Source: the human T2T-CHM13v2.0 reference genome, Homo sapiens. From it: a stretch of 64,000 nucleotides of DNA. Positions 1 to 13,905 of this stretch are shown here, piece by piece. The notes under the pieces are model-generated. The model was not told the origin of the DNA. It saw nothing but the letters and a program-made list of their open reading frames with translations, and ran no database searches. A program made the translations under genes and the position numbers. Numbering within the stretch: position 1 is the first letter of the stretch; every line of letters starts with the position of its first letter. The DNA lies in NCBI RefSeq assembly GCF_009914755.1, contig NC_060928.1. One strand, 5' to 3'.

Positions 1-196
1 ACTTTCGCACGGTAATGTCATCACTTAAGGCAAGGATCAGCCATTTACACTTCTTTTGTGGTGGAATGTCATCAGTTAAGGTGGGGCAGGACATATTCAC
101 TTCTTTTGTGATTCTTCAGTTACTTCAGGCCATCTGGGTGTATACATGCAAGTCATAGGGGATGTGATGGCTTGGCTTGGGCTCAGAGGCCTGACA
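1..196 (-). mobile_element. HERV-H LTR7, U3 portion; truncated by the window edge; 5' LTR or solo LTR
   Basis: The minus strand from 196 reads TGTCAGGCCTCTGAGCCCAAGCCAAGCCATCACATCCCCTATGACTTGCATGTATACACCCAGATGGCCTGAAGTAACTGAAGAATCACAAAAGAAGTG..., the recognisable LTR7 start. It abuts non-HERV-H sequence (gaatc..., no polypurine tract), so it is not a 3' LTR. Confidence 0.95.
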
Positions 197-560
197 GAAT
201 CTGTATTGGATGTAAGCATATCTGAGCAGTGCAAGAGGTAGACGGTAGCCAACACAATGGATAAAGCACTCAATATTTCCTTGGCTTGCTTGTGTCTTCA
301 CCTGCAATTGTGGAGAAAAAAATGCCCATCTCTCAGTAGTACTATCCAGAAGCATATTCATCACAGTTTGTCAGAGGATACTCAGCAGAAGTGAGTCCCA
401 ACAATCCACTCATTAACACATTCTATGCTGGCTTTTTCTTTCTTCCACTCTCACTTTTCCTATTCTCTGGCTTTTTTTTTTTTTTTAATCATCTACTAAA
501 TAAAGTACTGGTATCCAAGTTTTTATATCATGGTATTTTGAGGGGACTACAAACTAAGAT
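197..560 (+). mobile_element. Old ERVL-type LTR fragment (LTR16/LTR33-like), apparently the host of the HERV-H insertion
   Basis: Its 3' end, aaataaagtactggtatccaag...gaggggactacaaactaagat, resembles the LTR16/33 terminus (aataaactacttgcacccaag...ggggaacccaaactaagaca). Highly diverged. Confidence 0.45.
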
Positions 561-2723
561 GATAAGAAAACTAGGCTTTGTTCTTAACTGTCAGGAAGCT
601 TTTTAGATAGCATTTACTATTTTGGTTCCAGTCCTAAAAATTGTTTATAACCTTCCAGCAATATAGCTGGAAAACTGCAATTGTTCATTACTCTGATGGT
701 CTCAGAATGTTAGTAACAAAATCATCTCCTATAGAGAGGAAAGCATTTTAACCTCATGATTTTATTATAATTGGAAACTGATGGCCTATGTTATTTTTCA
801 TTCTTAATGTAATAACTATTTTGGTAGTTTTGAAGAAACTTCACTCACACACCACAAATCATTTTAATTTATTCTCTTCTGGTCAAAACAGGTTAAATAG
901 ATTCAAAGAGCATGTACATTTTTTTTTTAGTTCAAAAAAGTTTCTGTAATAATTATCTCGAAATATGCTTATGAAACAAGATAGTGATTGCAAAATGCAT
1001 CATTTAGTGAAATAAATTATTTTTGTAGATTATTCAGTTATTCACATGCTAACTAGAAGGTAGGTGTCACAAATATTTAGGTGAAGAAGAGAAAAGCAAG
1101 ATATTTCTCCTTTTTTTCTCTTCTAATATAAAGTATAAAGATTGAGGAATAGAATATTGAAATGTGGTTTATTACATGGAAAGCTTTAGTGAGGAGACAT
1201 GCATCAAACAAAGAAAAGATCTTTTCACCAATGCCTTTTCATAAAGTCAGTAATGGTGTTTATAATGGTGCCTATCTCTGGTTAAACAAACAGCTAGTTT
1301 TGTTTTGTTTTCTTTCTAAAAGAAATTAAAAATCTGAGTGACCACCAAAATTTCAGAATCAACATTGTAAGTTCAAAACTCCACATTTCACTAAATATCA
1401 TCAATAATGGTTTAAATTTCAAGCATCATGAAACCTTGCTAACATTTTCCCTTATCATTTCTTTGTTTCATAAATATTTGAAAAATATCATTGATTAAAA
1501 ATCCCATCATTTTAATAGTAAGTTAATTTTTATAGTAAATTAGTACAAAAGTGCATGTTCTGAAACTCAACTGGCCAGAAATGAAGGAAGAACCTACTTA
1601 CGTCTTTTGTACCCAGAAGAACACCATTACTGGAAGACAAACTATTAATATGATCTTGTAGGAAAAATTAACTAGACAAGGAAATGCCTTAAAATTCCTA
1701 TTTTATTTCAGAGAAATCAAACATTAAAGTCTCCACAATATAAAAGTTTAAATATTTAATATTTTTCATGTAACAAGTTTTGGAATTGTATTTCATCATT
1801 TTGAATAAACATGGTAGGAAAATAATGCTTCTATGCTTTAATAATGATTCTAATAATTTTACTTTTTACAGAAATTTAATATGGTGGGACTAAGGAAAAT
1901 GCTAATTTACATTCTTTATTTTTCCTTTCTAAAGACAATGATGCGTTTACATTTCTATGGTAATGATGCAGTTCTGAAATAGATTCTTTTGCATGCACAG
2001 CTTTCAAGAAATTGTATGCATGCCACATTCTTAAGAATCAGCAACTATGTGAAATGAATATTCAAAGAAGGTACAAATCTCTAAACTACTTCTGCAGGGC
2101 TAGTTGAGTCCCTTGTTAAAGTAGGTAGAGTTCTCAGTGCTAGAGTATAAATTCAAGCCATCTAAGAAATCTTACACAGATGAGACTCACTCACTGCAGG
2201 AAAATCTAGGCAAAGTAAGATTCAAGGCAGTAAAACATTAAAATAGTTAGATTACAACAGCATTTCTCCCATGATTGAGTGGTTCTTTTAAACTGAAATA
2301 TTTCTAGACATTCTGAGTTAGAGAAAAGTGCAGCTTAAGACAATATTCTACTGAGGCTTAGGAAGATATTTTTGATTCCCTATTAGATGGTATAAAGAAA
2401 AGTAGTAGACAAAAATGAAAGACTGGTGTGAATCTGATAGATCTCATAGATCAGGTATTTGAGCACTCTGTATTAAAACAGAACTTTAGGTCACACCACA
2501 AAAATATATTTCTTTCCCAAGCCTTTTTTTAAGAAAAAGGAAAAGCTTGGGGAATTTAAAACTAAGACTTCTTGATGGAAATATGAAAGTTACTAAAAAA
2601 AGAACTTACATAATGTGGGTAAATGAATAAAAGCATTTGACAATATGTTTTCATAGATGAGTCGGTCTTTACTTCTGCAAAATGAATTGCCAAATGTATC
2701 TTGAGTTTAGCAGAGTTATTTCT

Positions 2724-3047
2724 TTCTTTTCTTTTCTTTCTTTCTTTCTCTTTCTTTTTTTTTTTTTTAACAGAGTCTTGCTCTGTCATTCAGGCTGGAG
2801 TACAGTGGCGCAATCTTGGCTCACTGCAACTTCAGCCTCCCAGGTTCAAGCAATTCTCTTCCCTCAGCCTCCCAAGTAGCTGAGATTACAGGCACAGGCC
2901 ACCACATCCAGCTAATTTTTGTATTTTTACTAGAGACGGGGGTCTCACCATGTTGGCCAGGCTGGTCTTGAACTCATGACCTCGTGATCCACCTGCCTTG
3001 GCCTCCCAAAGTGCTGGGATTACAGGTGTGAGCTGCCATGCCAGGCC
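2724..3047 (-). mobile_element. AluS (Sg-like), full length
   Basis: Reverse-complement Alu dimer with a T/CT-rich tail. TSD cagagttatttct at 2711-2723 and 3052-3064. Confidence 0.95.
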
Positions 3048-3747
3048 CTACCAGAGTTATTTCTATATTTTAAAAGTTATTTTTTTTTCATCTTCATAGG
3101 TAAGCTATTTACTAGTCTTAGGATGGGAGATTGCCAGAAGAAATACACAGCATGAAAATGAAGAAGTGGTAGATGTATTTTCTCAAATGCTTTATTAAAA
3201 TATGAAACCAAATATAGACATGGCCATATGTCTATCCTGCAAAAGAAAAGAACAATATATGTCATAAAGTAACAATATATCTCTTGCATAATGGGGTTTT
3301 ATTTCCTCAATAATGAATAGCACAGAAAGCCAAAGCATCGATTTGGGAGAGTTTTCTTTGATGTCTGCCAATCATATGCATATTGTTTTAGGAATGTTAT
3401 GGTTTTCACCACCAGTTTTTTTGATTTGACTTTACAAAGCCAGAAAGCATTAGATTGTTATCTAGGCCTGTTCCTTCCATCCTGGTAAGCTCTCACCACA
3501 TGCATTGCTATCAACATTTAAAAATGTACTTTAAAAATTACTTAACATTTAATCTTTGGCCATAATATCAGATTGCACTCACTCGTATTTTCAAAAGAAA
3601 AAAACATTAGTTAATAAATATTTTTTTCCCAAAACCTGTAAGGTTTCACATGGTGTTTTGTTTTTCTCCAGACTTCAAAGCATAACAATCTTTAAAATTA
3701 TTTTTCTGCAGTTAAACTTGAATTCTGAGTATTAGGATACATATGCA

Positions 3748-3843
3748 TTAGAATAAAAGCTCCTTGAAGGCAGGGGTCTTTATGGCTATATCCTCAATGC
3801 TGGGCACCCTGCTTGGCACATAGTGACATGAATAGAATAAAGA
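3748..3843 (+). mobile_element. L2 3'-end fragment
   Basis: aagctccttgaaggcagggg...gcttggcacatagt...gaatagaataaa resembles the L2 3' terminus. Confidence 0.55.
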
Positions 3844-3885
3844 AATTACTCACCACTGGGTGCTTTAAAAAAACTAGAGTATTCA

Positions 3886-4294
<409 letters not shown>

Positions 4295-5054
4295 TCACCT
4301 GCCTATCAAAGAGATCATTCACTTTCTGCAAAGAAATCTCTACTCTAGCCTGCTTTCACTTTTTTTCTCATCAAAGATTCCTTCCTACTTTTATAATCCC
4401 AAAGCAGAAATGTAATATCATACTGAATTCTGAATTTAGGTGAGCATAGTAAAACTGTCTTTAAGTTATGACATGAAACCAGATATTTTATAGGTAGCAT
4501 ATACTTTCCTTTTGTGGTGTACTTGGTCTCAGATCAGGAAAAATTAATATTTTATGTACCTTACAGACAAATTCTTTTTTGTTTATGGATGGGAGCCATG
4601 ATTTTATGTTTTTCTCTCAAAGTCACACATACTGAATTTCATAGAACCATTTTACCAGCTTATTTGGAACTATTCCTCCATTTATAAATAGAGATTACTA
4701 ATCAGAATAATTTTCCTGTTTTTCTGACTTTCAAAATCCATGTAAGCAATAATTTTTCTAAAATCATTATAAAAGTTTAAACTTTACTGTAGCATATTTT
4801 GCTTACCTATAATCCTCCTAAAATGTAGTAAAGTATTTGATCACAGATAATATCTATTTTCTAGACTTCTAGAAAAGTAAGAATAGATGTATCAATCTGA
4901 TAAGGAATATCTATATAATCTCAAAACAAATGACATCTTTATGGCGAATTGGTAAATTATTGAAAAATTAGATAAAGTATGCCCACTATTAGCATGTTTA
5001 ATGTACATTATCTTGGCCATATTATCCAGTAGAACAATAATAATAACAATGAAT

Positions 5055-5225
5055 TAAGCTAATTATGGTGTGTTTGCATAGTAGGATAGTATTTATAGCA
5101 TTGAAAATGAACGGGCGAATGCTACATGCAACAACATAGATGAAACTTATAAACAAAATGTAAACCAAATGAAGCCAGTCACAAAAGAAAACTGTTTTCA
5201 TTTATATAAAGTTCAAAAATAGACA
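5055..5225 (+). mobile_element. Old L1M 3' UTR fragment
   Basis: gctacatgcaacaacatagatgaaac...aagccagtcacaaaag...catttatataaagttcaaaaatag is typical of L1MC/ME 3' ends. Confidence 0.6.
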
Positions 5226-6065
5226 TCAAGATACAGAATAGGAAGTCTCAAATTCTACTACCTATCTCTCCCTGAAAGAAAGTTCAACCAGCAATTATCC
5301 TCAGAATAGAATATACTTTTGAAAAGCTCAACACTTGGGAACAAGTCTGAGACACCTATGTAGTCCATAGAACCAAATTAAGTTTGAATTAGAAGGATAA
5401 GAATAACGGTCTCACTCTGACCATACTACACAACCCCTTTCCCTAATTTGGTATAATGCCAGATGAAGAGAATTTCCCTGGGCCCACCATTTCTACATGG
5501 GGAAGAGAACACCAAAAGTATTCGTGCAGCTTTTCTAGCATTATGAGACACTTCCCAGGAAGCCCACTGTGGTCTCACCAAGAGTGCAACACCAGGGAAA
5601 ACAGCACAGCTAGACTTCTCAGGATCAGATAGAAACAAAGAAAGGAAACAGAGATCATATTGACCAACATGTGGATCTTGTTGGTGCCTCTATTTTCCTG
5701 CCAGCTGTGGTGCTTGATAACCGATACCAGCCAACCTCATAGCTCACCCGCAAAGCTGAGGTGATTACCTTCAGAAGCATGGTGGGCAGTTCAACCTAGC
5801 TTGAATTCCTAGATTGCTAGCCTACCTGCTCAGCCTCAGAGCCCATTCTAACCACTCTGGGAGATAACTGTCTTCACCCATTTTGGAGAAGCTAATGGGC
5901 TAGATCAGTTTGACCTGGGAAGCCAAGAAGCAGCTCCATTCAGCTGAGAAGCACTCCCAGTGACCCTACTATCACAGAGATGTTCATCTTCATGTATTTC
6001 TGGGAAGTGTAGGGACTAAATCAAGTTGATCTGGGAAGTCAAGAAGCAGTTCCTCTCAACCAAAT
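5226..6065 (+). mobile_element. Probable old L1M 5' UTR fragment
   Basis: GC-richer block starting caagatacagaataggaag. It contains a diverged internal duplication (gacctgggaagccaagaagcagc / gatctgggaagtcaagaagcagt), as seen in L1M 5' regions. Not matched to a named consensus. Confidence 0.4.
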
Positions 6066-6239
6066 TGACCAAAATTACAATAGTGATAGATAACACATGC
6101 ATATTTTAGCTAATACATAGCATGCTTAAAGGGTACACTAAATGTTTTATACATGTTTTTGTATTTAATTATAAAAATCATACTATAACTCTATTATAAA
6201 TAATACATAATACAGTAAATGTATATAATAATACAGAGA

Positions 6240-6440
6240 AAACATAATGATACCTAACATGTCATGCTTAATGTGTGCACTGTCTTAAGTGCTTTATATG
6301 TTCATATACTTAATTGTATAAAATATTACATGAACCTATTATTATCTTCAACTTTCACATGAGATAGCAGGGGTACAGGGAAAACAGGAGACCAGATATA
6401 TGCTTTGTCCAATGTCACACAGCTCCTTCATGGCAGAATG
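6240..6440 (-). mobile_element. MIR fragment
   Basis: tgtcttaagtgctttatatg...attattatcttcaactttcacatgag...ttgtccaatgtcacacagct is the reverse-complement MIR core. Confidence 0.55.
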
Positions 6441-6815
6441 TATTATAAAGACAGCTATGTAAAAGGAAGGAAGAGAATTCTCCATCAGCATCAGGTACAC
6501 ATTTGAGATGTGCCTTTACTATCTCATCATACAGGCATAGACACTATTTTGGTGTAAACGAGAGATATTCCTGCTCCTGGTCAGTACTGACTTCTATTTG
6601 TAAATTAATTTTTATTCTCTCATCAACTTGTTCCTGCAATCTTTCCTCGTTGTTTCCAACAGTAGTGTTCATGTTGTGGTAAAATCACCATTCAACAAGT
6701 AATCTCTTAGTGAGAAATCACCTACAAAAACTGGAGCTAAATTCTGCAGGTAAAGTTTTACCCCCATGCCTACCACCCCCTACTTCTCCATGAAAATAGT
6801 GCAGGAGGATAAATG

Positions 6816-6897
6816 CATTACAAAAATATCTGAAATAATAAATTCTGTGATCTTCCATTACAAAAATATCTGGAATAATAAATTCTGTGATCTTCCA
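6816..6897. repeat. 40-bp tandem duplication (2 copies, 1 mismatch)
   Basis: cattacaaaaatatctg(a/g)aataataaattctgtgatcttc at 6816-6855 and 6856-6895. Confidence 0.95.
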
Positions 6898-6939
6898 ATT
6901 TAATTCTGCCATCATGAGATGAAACATACTATACCCTAG

Positions 6940-7259
<320 letters not shown>

Positions 7260-9804
7260 CCTAGCTGCATTTTCTATTCACTTTGAATTGGATTTTTGAT
7301 AAGACAAAATTAAATCCATTATTTGAACATATTATTTTACTTAAATGAGTCTTTACTTCCCCAGTTAATATAGAGGTCATGATGTAAAAAACAACAAAAG
7401 AGGAGATGGATTGGACAGAGTCGATATGCATTTTTCAGGCTACATAATAATACCACCATAACTATTTGTGCCCCTAAGTGGTAGACTTGTTAATATTTTC
7501 ATACCTGCCTCTTTAGTACACAGTATTCAGTAAGTCTTTAAGCTGCACTTTTTCTTCTCAAGCCTCCTACATGTAATAAGTAAGGGATAGATTCATACAG
7601 TATTGTGCTATTTCATGTGATTTCCCTTTATCTTGGGTTTACTTCCATTGCAAATTGTTCACATCTTAAAATTGGATAGTATCTGTGACAATTTATGCAA
7701 CTATAAAAGGTGGAAAACTCTCTCTTAATTTTTTTTCATTTTTTAAAAAAGTTTTATTTTTAAGTTTCCCTTAAATCTTTCAAGTAGATTTTTAGGTTGG
7801 CTCTACTGCGTATGTACAGTGAATTGAAGAAAGAAAACAATAATCTTCACTGATTTGGTCTAAGCATACCAGTTATTTGTGGTTTTGTGCGTATGCTTCA
7901 AGTGCTGTTTTTAATCACCTCATTGGTGTACCATGCAAAACAAACTTGATTTTTCAGAGGTCCCAATAATGCAGTTGGAAATTATCTATTCAAATCCACA
8001 TTTTATAAATAAAGATAGGAAAACAAGTATTGAGTGGTTTGTTGAAGCCCACAATATCTGTCACTGATACATCCAATTAAAATTTCTAGGCTGCCCAAAA
8101 GTGGAAAATGCATTATTTTTCTAATGTACCATATTTTTTTTTTCTTGGAAATGCTATCATCAAAGCAAGGACAGTAGAATAAGAGGCTATAACTTCTGCA
8201 TAAGAGTGCAGTATTTAAATTTGTATTATTGCCTTATTAATTAGTTACATTTGAGCTAGATGGATTTAAGATGAAGGTAATATCTTTAAGTCAATAAGGT
8301 TTATACTTTTATTCAGCATGCTGATTAATATAAATTATTTCCCCAATCTTCTTAGCTTAATTGAATACAATGATTATATCTTTTTTGAGTTTTTAAAAAT
8401 TATTTTTAATAGACATGATAATTAGACATAGGTATGGGGTACAGAGTGATATTTCAATACATGTATACAGTATGAAATGATCCAAATAGGGTAATTAGCA
8501 CATGGATCACCTCAAACATTGATCATTTCTTTGTATTGAAAACATTCAAAATCCTGTCTTCTACTTTTTGAGATTATACAAGAAATTATTATTTACTATA
8601 TCACCTTACAATGCTATAGAACACTACAATTTGTTCCTTCTATCTAGCTTTAATTTTGTATACATTAACCAACCTCTCCCTATCTCTACCTCCCCTACCC
8701 TTCCTTGTCAGCCTCTAGAGTAGCAACTATTCTAATCTTTACTTCTATGAGATCAACATTTTTAGCTTCTACATATGAGTGAAAACATGTCATTTTCATC
8801 TTTCTGTGCCTGGCTGATTTCACTTAATATAATGTCCTCCAGGCTAATTTGTGTTACCATTAATGACAGAATTTCATTCTTTTTTATGGCTGAATAGTAT
8901 GACATTGTGTTCATGGGTAACATTTACTTATCTATGCATCTGTTGATGGACATTTAGATTGATTACGTATCTTGGCTATTGTGAAGAATCTGTAATAGAC
9001 ATAGGAGTTCAGGTTTCTATTTGACATATTATTTCCTTTGGATATATACCCAGTAGGGTGATTGCTTGATCATATGGTAGCTCTAGTTTTAACATTTAGA
9101 GGAACCTCCATACTGTTTTCCATAACGAACTAACTTATATTCCCACTAACCATGTATAAGTATTTCCCTTTTATGCTGCATCACCACCAGCATTTGTTAT
9201 TTTTTGTCTTTTTTATAATAGCCCTTCTAAGGTGAGATAATATCTTATCCAGATTTGCCTTTCTCTGATGATTAGTGATGCTGACCATTTTTTTCATATA
9301 TTTCTTTTTGTATGGCCATTTGTATGGCTTCTTTGGAGAATTGTCTATTCAAATCAATTGCCCAATTTGAACTGTATTATTATATTTAGTCTTTTGCTGT
9401 TGAGTTGTTTAAGATTTTGGATATTCTGGATATTATTTCCTTGTCAGATGAATATTTTGCAAATATTTTATCCCATTCACAGGTTGTCTCTTCATTTCAT
9501 TGATTATTTCCTTTACTATGTAGAAGCTCCTTAGTTTGATTCAATTCCATTTGCCTGTTTTTCCTATTGTTTCCTGTGATTTTGAGGTCTTATTTTTAAA
9601 ATCTTTGTGCAGGCATATGGCCTAAACCATTTCCACTATGTTTTCTTCTGGTAGTTTCATAGTTTTGAGTCTGATATTTAAGTCTTGAATACATTTTGAA
9701 TTGATTTTTTTTTTTGTATTGTGGCATATGAGAGTCTATTTTCATTCTTCTGCATATGGATGTTTAGTTTTTGCAGCAACATTTATTTATTATCCTTTGC
9801 CCAG

Positions 9805-12084
9805 GGTATTAGTCCATTTTCACAGTGCTGATAAAGACATACTCGAGATTGGGTAATTTATAAAGGAAAGAGGTTCAGTTTACTCACAGTTCCACATGGC
9901 TGATGAGGCCTCACATTCATGGCAGAAGGCAAGTAAGAGCAAGTCACATCTTACATGGTGGCAGGGAAGAAAGAAAGAGGGCCAAGAGAAATGGGGTTCC
10001 CCTTATAAAACCATCAGATCTTGTGAGAATTATTCACTATGATGAGAACAGTATCAGGGAAACTGCCCACATGATTCAGTTATCTTCCACCAGATCCCTC
10101 CCACAACATATGGGAATTATGGGAGTACAATTCAAGATGAGATTTGGTTAGGGACACAGCCAAACCATATCATTTCACGCCTGGCCCTTCCCAAATCTCA
10201 TGTCCTCACATTTCAAAACCAATCATGCCTTCCCAACAGTCCCCCAAAGTCAACTCATTTCAGTATTAACTCAAAAGTTCACAGTCCAAAGTCTTATTTG
10301 AGACAAGGCAAGTCCCTTCTGCCTATGAGCCTGTAAAGTCAAAAGCAAGTTAGTTACTTCCTAGATGCAATGGAAGTACAGGCATTGGATAAATAGACCC
10401 ATTCCAAATGGAAGAAATGGGCCAAAACAAAGGGGCTAAAGGCCCCATGAAAGTCCAAAATCCAGTGGGGCAGTCAAATCTTAAAGTTTCAAAATAACCT
10501 CCTTTGACTACATGTCTCACATCCAGGTCACACTGATGCAGGAGGTGGGTTCCCATGGTCTTGTGCAGCTCCACCCATGTGGCCTTAGGGTTTAGCCTCT
10601 ACTCCTGGCTGCTTTCATGGGCTAGCATTGAGCGTCTGCAGCTTTTCCAGGTGCACGGTCCAAGCTGTCAGTGGATCTACCATTCTCGGGTCTGGAAGAC
10701 AGTGGCCCTTTTCACACAGCTCCACTAGGCAGTGCCCCAGTGGGGACTCTGTGTGGGGTTTCCACCCCACATTTCTCTTCTACACTGCCCTGGCAGGGGT
10801 TCTAGTTTGCTTCAGGGGGCCCTGACTGCAGAAAATGTCTGCCTGGGCATCTAGACATTTCCATACATCCTCTGAAATCCAGGCAGAAGTTCCCAAACCT
10901 CAATTCTTGACTTCTGTGAATTCACAGGCTCAACACCACATGGAAGCTGCCAAGGCTTGGGGTTTGCATCTTCTGAAGCTATGGCCCAAGTTGTACCTTG
11001 GCCCCTTTTAGCCATGGCTAGAGTGGCTGGGAAGCAGGGCACCAAGTCCCAAGGTTGCACAAAGTAGGAGGGCCTTAAGTCTGGCCTACAAAACCATTTT
11101 TCCTCTTAGGCCTCCAGGCCTGTGATGGGAGGGCCTGCCACAAATGTCTCTGACATGCCCTGGAGATATTTTCCCATGGTCTTGGAGATCAACATTTGGC
11201 TCCTTGTTACTTATGCAAATTTCTGCAACAGGCTTGAATTTCTCCCCTGAAAATGGTTTTTTCTTTTCTTTCTATTGCATCATCAGTCTGCAGATTTTCC
11301 AAACTTTTATGCTCTGCTTCCTCTTGAATGCTTCACTACTTAGAAATTTCTTCCACCAGACACCACCTTTAATCATCTCTCTGAAGTTAAAAGTTCTGCA
11401 GATCTCTAACGAAGGGGCAAACTGCTACTAGTTCTCAACAAGTTCTACATCTCCAACTGACACCGTGTCAGCCTGGACTTTATTGTCCATATCACTATCA
11501 GCATTTTGGTCAAAGCCATTCAACAAGTCTCTAGGAAGTTCCTAACTTTCCCACATCTTCCTGTCTTTTGAGCACTACAAGTCTCTAGGAAGTTTCAAAC
11601 ATTCCCACATTTTTCTATCTTCTCATGAGCCCTCAAAACTGTTCCAGCCTCTGCCTGTTACCCAATTCCAAAGTTGCTTCCATATTTTTGGGTATCTTTG
11701 CAGCAGCCCCCCCACTCTACCAGTACCAATTTACTGTACAAGTCTGTTTTTACACTGTTGAGGAAGCCGTACCCAAGTCTAGGTACTTTATAAAGGAAAG
11801 AGGTTTAATTGACTCACAGTTCCACATGGCTGGGGAGGCCTCAAAATTATGACAGATGACAAGGAAGAGCAAATTACATTTTACATAGCAGAGGGAAGAG
11901 AGAAAGAGAACCAAGTGAAAGGGCATTTCCCTTATAAAATCATCAGATCTTGTGTGTTATTCACTATCACAAGAAAAGTATAGAGGAAACCACCCTCATG
12001 ATTGAATTATCTCCCACCAGATGGGAATTATGGGAGATACAATTCAAGATGAGATTTGGGTGGGGACATATCCCAACCATATCA
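9805..12084 (-). mobile_element. Full-length THE1 (THE1C-like) MaLR provirus: 3' LTR 9805-10172, internal 10173-11734, 5' LTR 11735-12084
   Basis: Two ~350-370 bp LTRs, each ending aaccatatca on +. THE1-int junction cagtaccaatttac at 11721-11734. 5-bp TSD cccag at 9800-9804 and 12085-12089. Confidence 0.93.
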
Positions 12085-12687
12085 CCCAGTGTACTTTTTT
12101 GTCACCTTTGTTGAAAATCAGTTGGCTGGAAATATGTAAATTTACTACTGGATTCTCTATTCTGATGCCTTGGTTGGTTTTTATCCCAGTACCATGCTTT
12201 AATGGATACTATAGCTTTGTAGCCTATTTGAAGTTAAGTAGTTTGATGCCCCCAGCTTTGGTCTTTTTTTGCCCAGGATTGCATTGGCTACTTGGAGTTT
12301 TTTGTTATTCCATACACATTTTAGGATTTTTATTTTCTATTTTTGTAAAGTATGGCATTGATAATTTAATAAGATTGCATTGGGTAGTATGGTAAGTTTA
12401 ACAATATTAATTTTTCCCATTCATAAACATGGTATGTGTGTCCATTTTTTGTGTATTAAAATAATGTGATAAATCCAACTTGCTCTTAGTGAATGAGCTT
12501 TTTAATATGTTGCTGCATTCAGTTTGCCTGGTTTTTGTTTTGTTTTGGTTTGGTTTTTTTAGATTTTTGTGTCTGTGTTCATTAGGGACATTGGCCTATA
12601 CCCTTCTTTTTTGTTGTGTCCTCATCTGGTTTCAGTGTCATGGTAATTCTGGCCTTGTAAAAGAAGTTTGGAAGAATTCTCTCCTCT

Positions 12688-12722
<35 letters not shown>

Positions 12723-13524
12723 AATAAATAGAGAACTGGTGTTAGTTCATTAAAAGTTTGATAAAATTCAGCAGTGAAATCTTTGGGTTTTAGGTTTTCC
12801 TTTGTTATGATAATTTTTATTACTGATTGAATCTCATTACTTGTCATTGGCCTGTTCATGTTTTATATTTCTTCTTGGTTCAATCTTGGTAGGTAATATG
12901 TGTCTAGGAACGTATCCATTTCCTCTGGGTTTTCCATGATCCTTTGTATTTCTGTGTATCAATTGTCATGTATTTTTTTTTAGTTCGTTATTTTATTTAT
13001 TTGAACCTTCTCTTTTTTTTGTCAGTCTAGCTAACTACTAACACTTTGTCAATTTTATCATTTTTTAAAAAAAACTTTGTTTCATTGTTCTGTTGTATTT
13101 TTTAGTCTCTATTTTATTTCTGCTGTCATCTTTATTGTTTCTTGCTTTCTACTAATTTGGAGCTTGGTTTGTTCTTGCTTTTCTAGTTTCTTGAGGTGTT
13201 TGTTAGGTTGTTTATTTGAAAATTTTCTTTTTTTGATGTAGATATTTATTGTTACAAACTTTCCTCTTAGTATGGCTTTTGCTGCTGTCTCATAGGTTTT
13301 GATATATTGTTATTCTATTTTCATTTGTTTCAAAAACTTTTTAAATTTTCTTTTTATTTCTTTTTCTTTGGGGTCTGTTGCTGGAAAATTTTGCAGGTGT
13401 CATGTTTTCTTGCTTCTTTATTTATCTCATGTCCCTATCTTGATATCTGCACATCGGGTGGAACAGTCACCTCTTCCAATTTTACGGAATAGCTTTTGTA
13501 GGAAAAGACTTTTTCTTGTAGATA

Positions 13525-13905
13525 TGACATGGTTAGGCTTCGTATCTCTACCCAAATCTCATCTTGAATTGTAATCCCTATAATCCCCATGTGTCAAGGG
13601 AGAGACCAGGTGGAGGTCATTAAATCATGGGGGCAGTTTTTTCCATGCTGTTCTCCTGATAGTAAGTGAGTTCTCAGAAGATCTAAAATGGTTTTATAAG
13701 GGCTTCCTCTTCTCTTTTTGCTCGGCACTTCTTCCTGCCACTTTGTGAAGAAGGTGCCTTGCTTCCCCTTTGCCTTCTGACATGATTGCACGTTTGCTGA
13801 GGCCTCCCCGGCCATGCTGAACTGTGAGTCAGTTAAACCTCTTTCTTTTATAAATTACCCAGACTTGAGCAGTTTTCTATAGCAGTATGAAAATGGACTA
13901 ATACA
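13525..13905 (+). mobile_element. Solo THE1D-like LTR
   Basis: tgacatggttaggctt...cccaaatctcatcttgaattgtaatccc...gaaaatggactaataca. TSD agata/agatg. Confidence 0.9.

Noticed and set aside
11521-11632. ~55-bp direct duplication (caagtctctaggaagtt...cccacat) in the THE1 internal region
   Set aside because: I recall this duplication being shared by THE1C-type internal sequences, so it is probably a subfamily trait rather than locus-specific.
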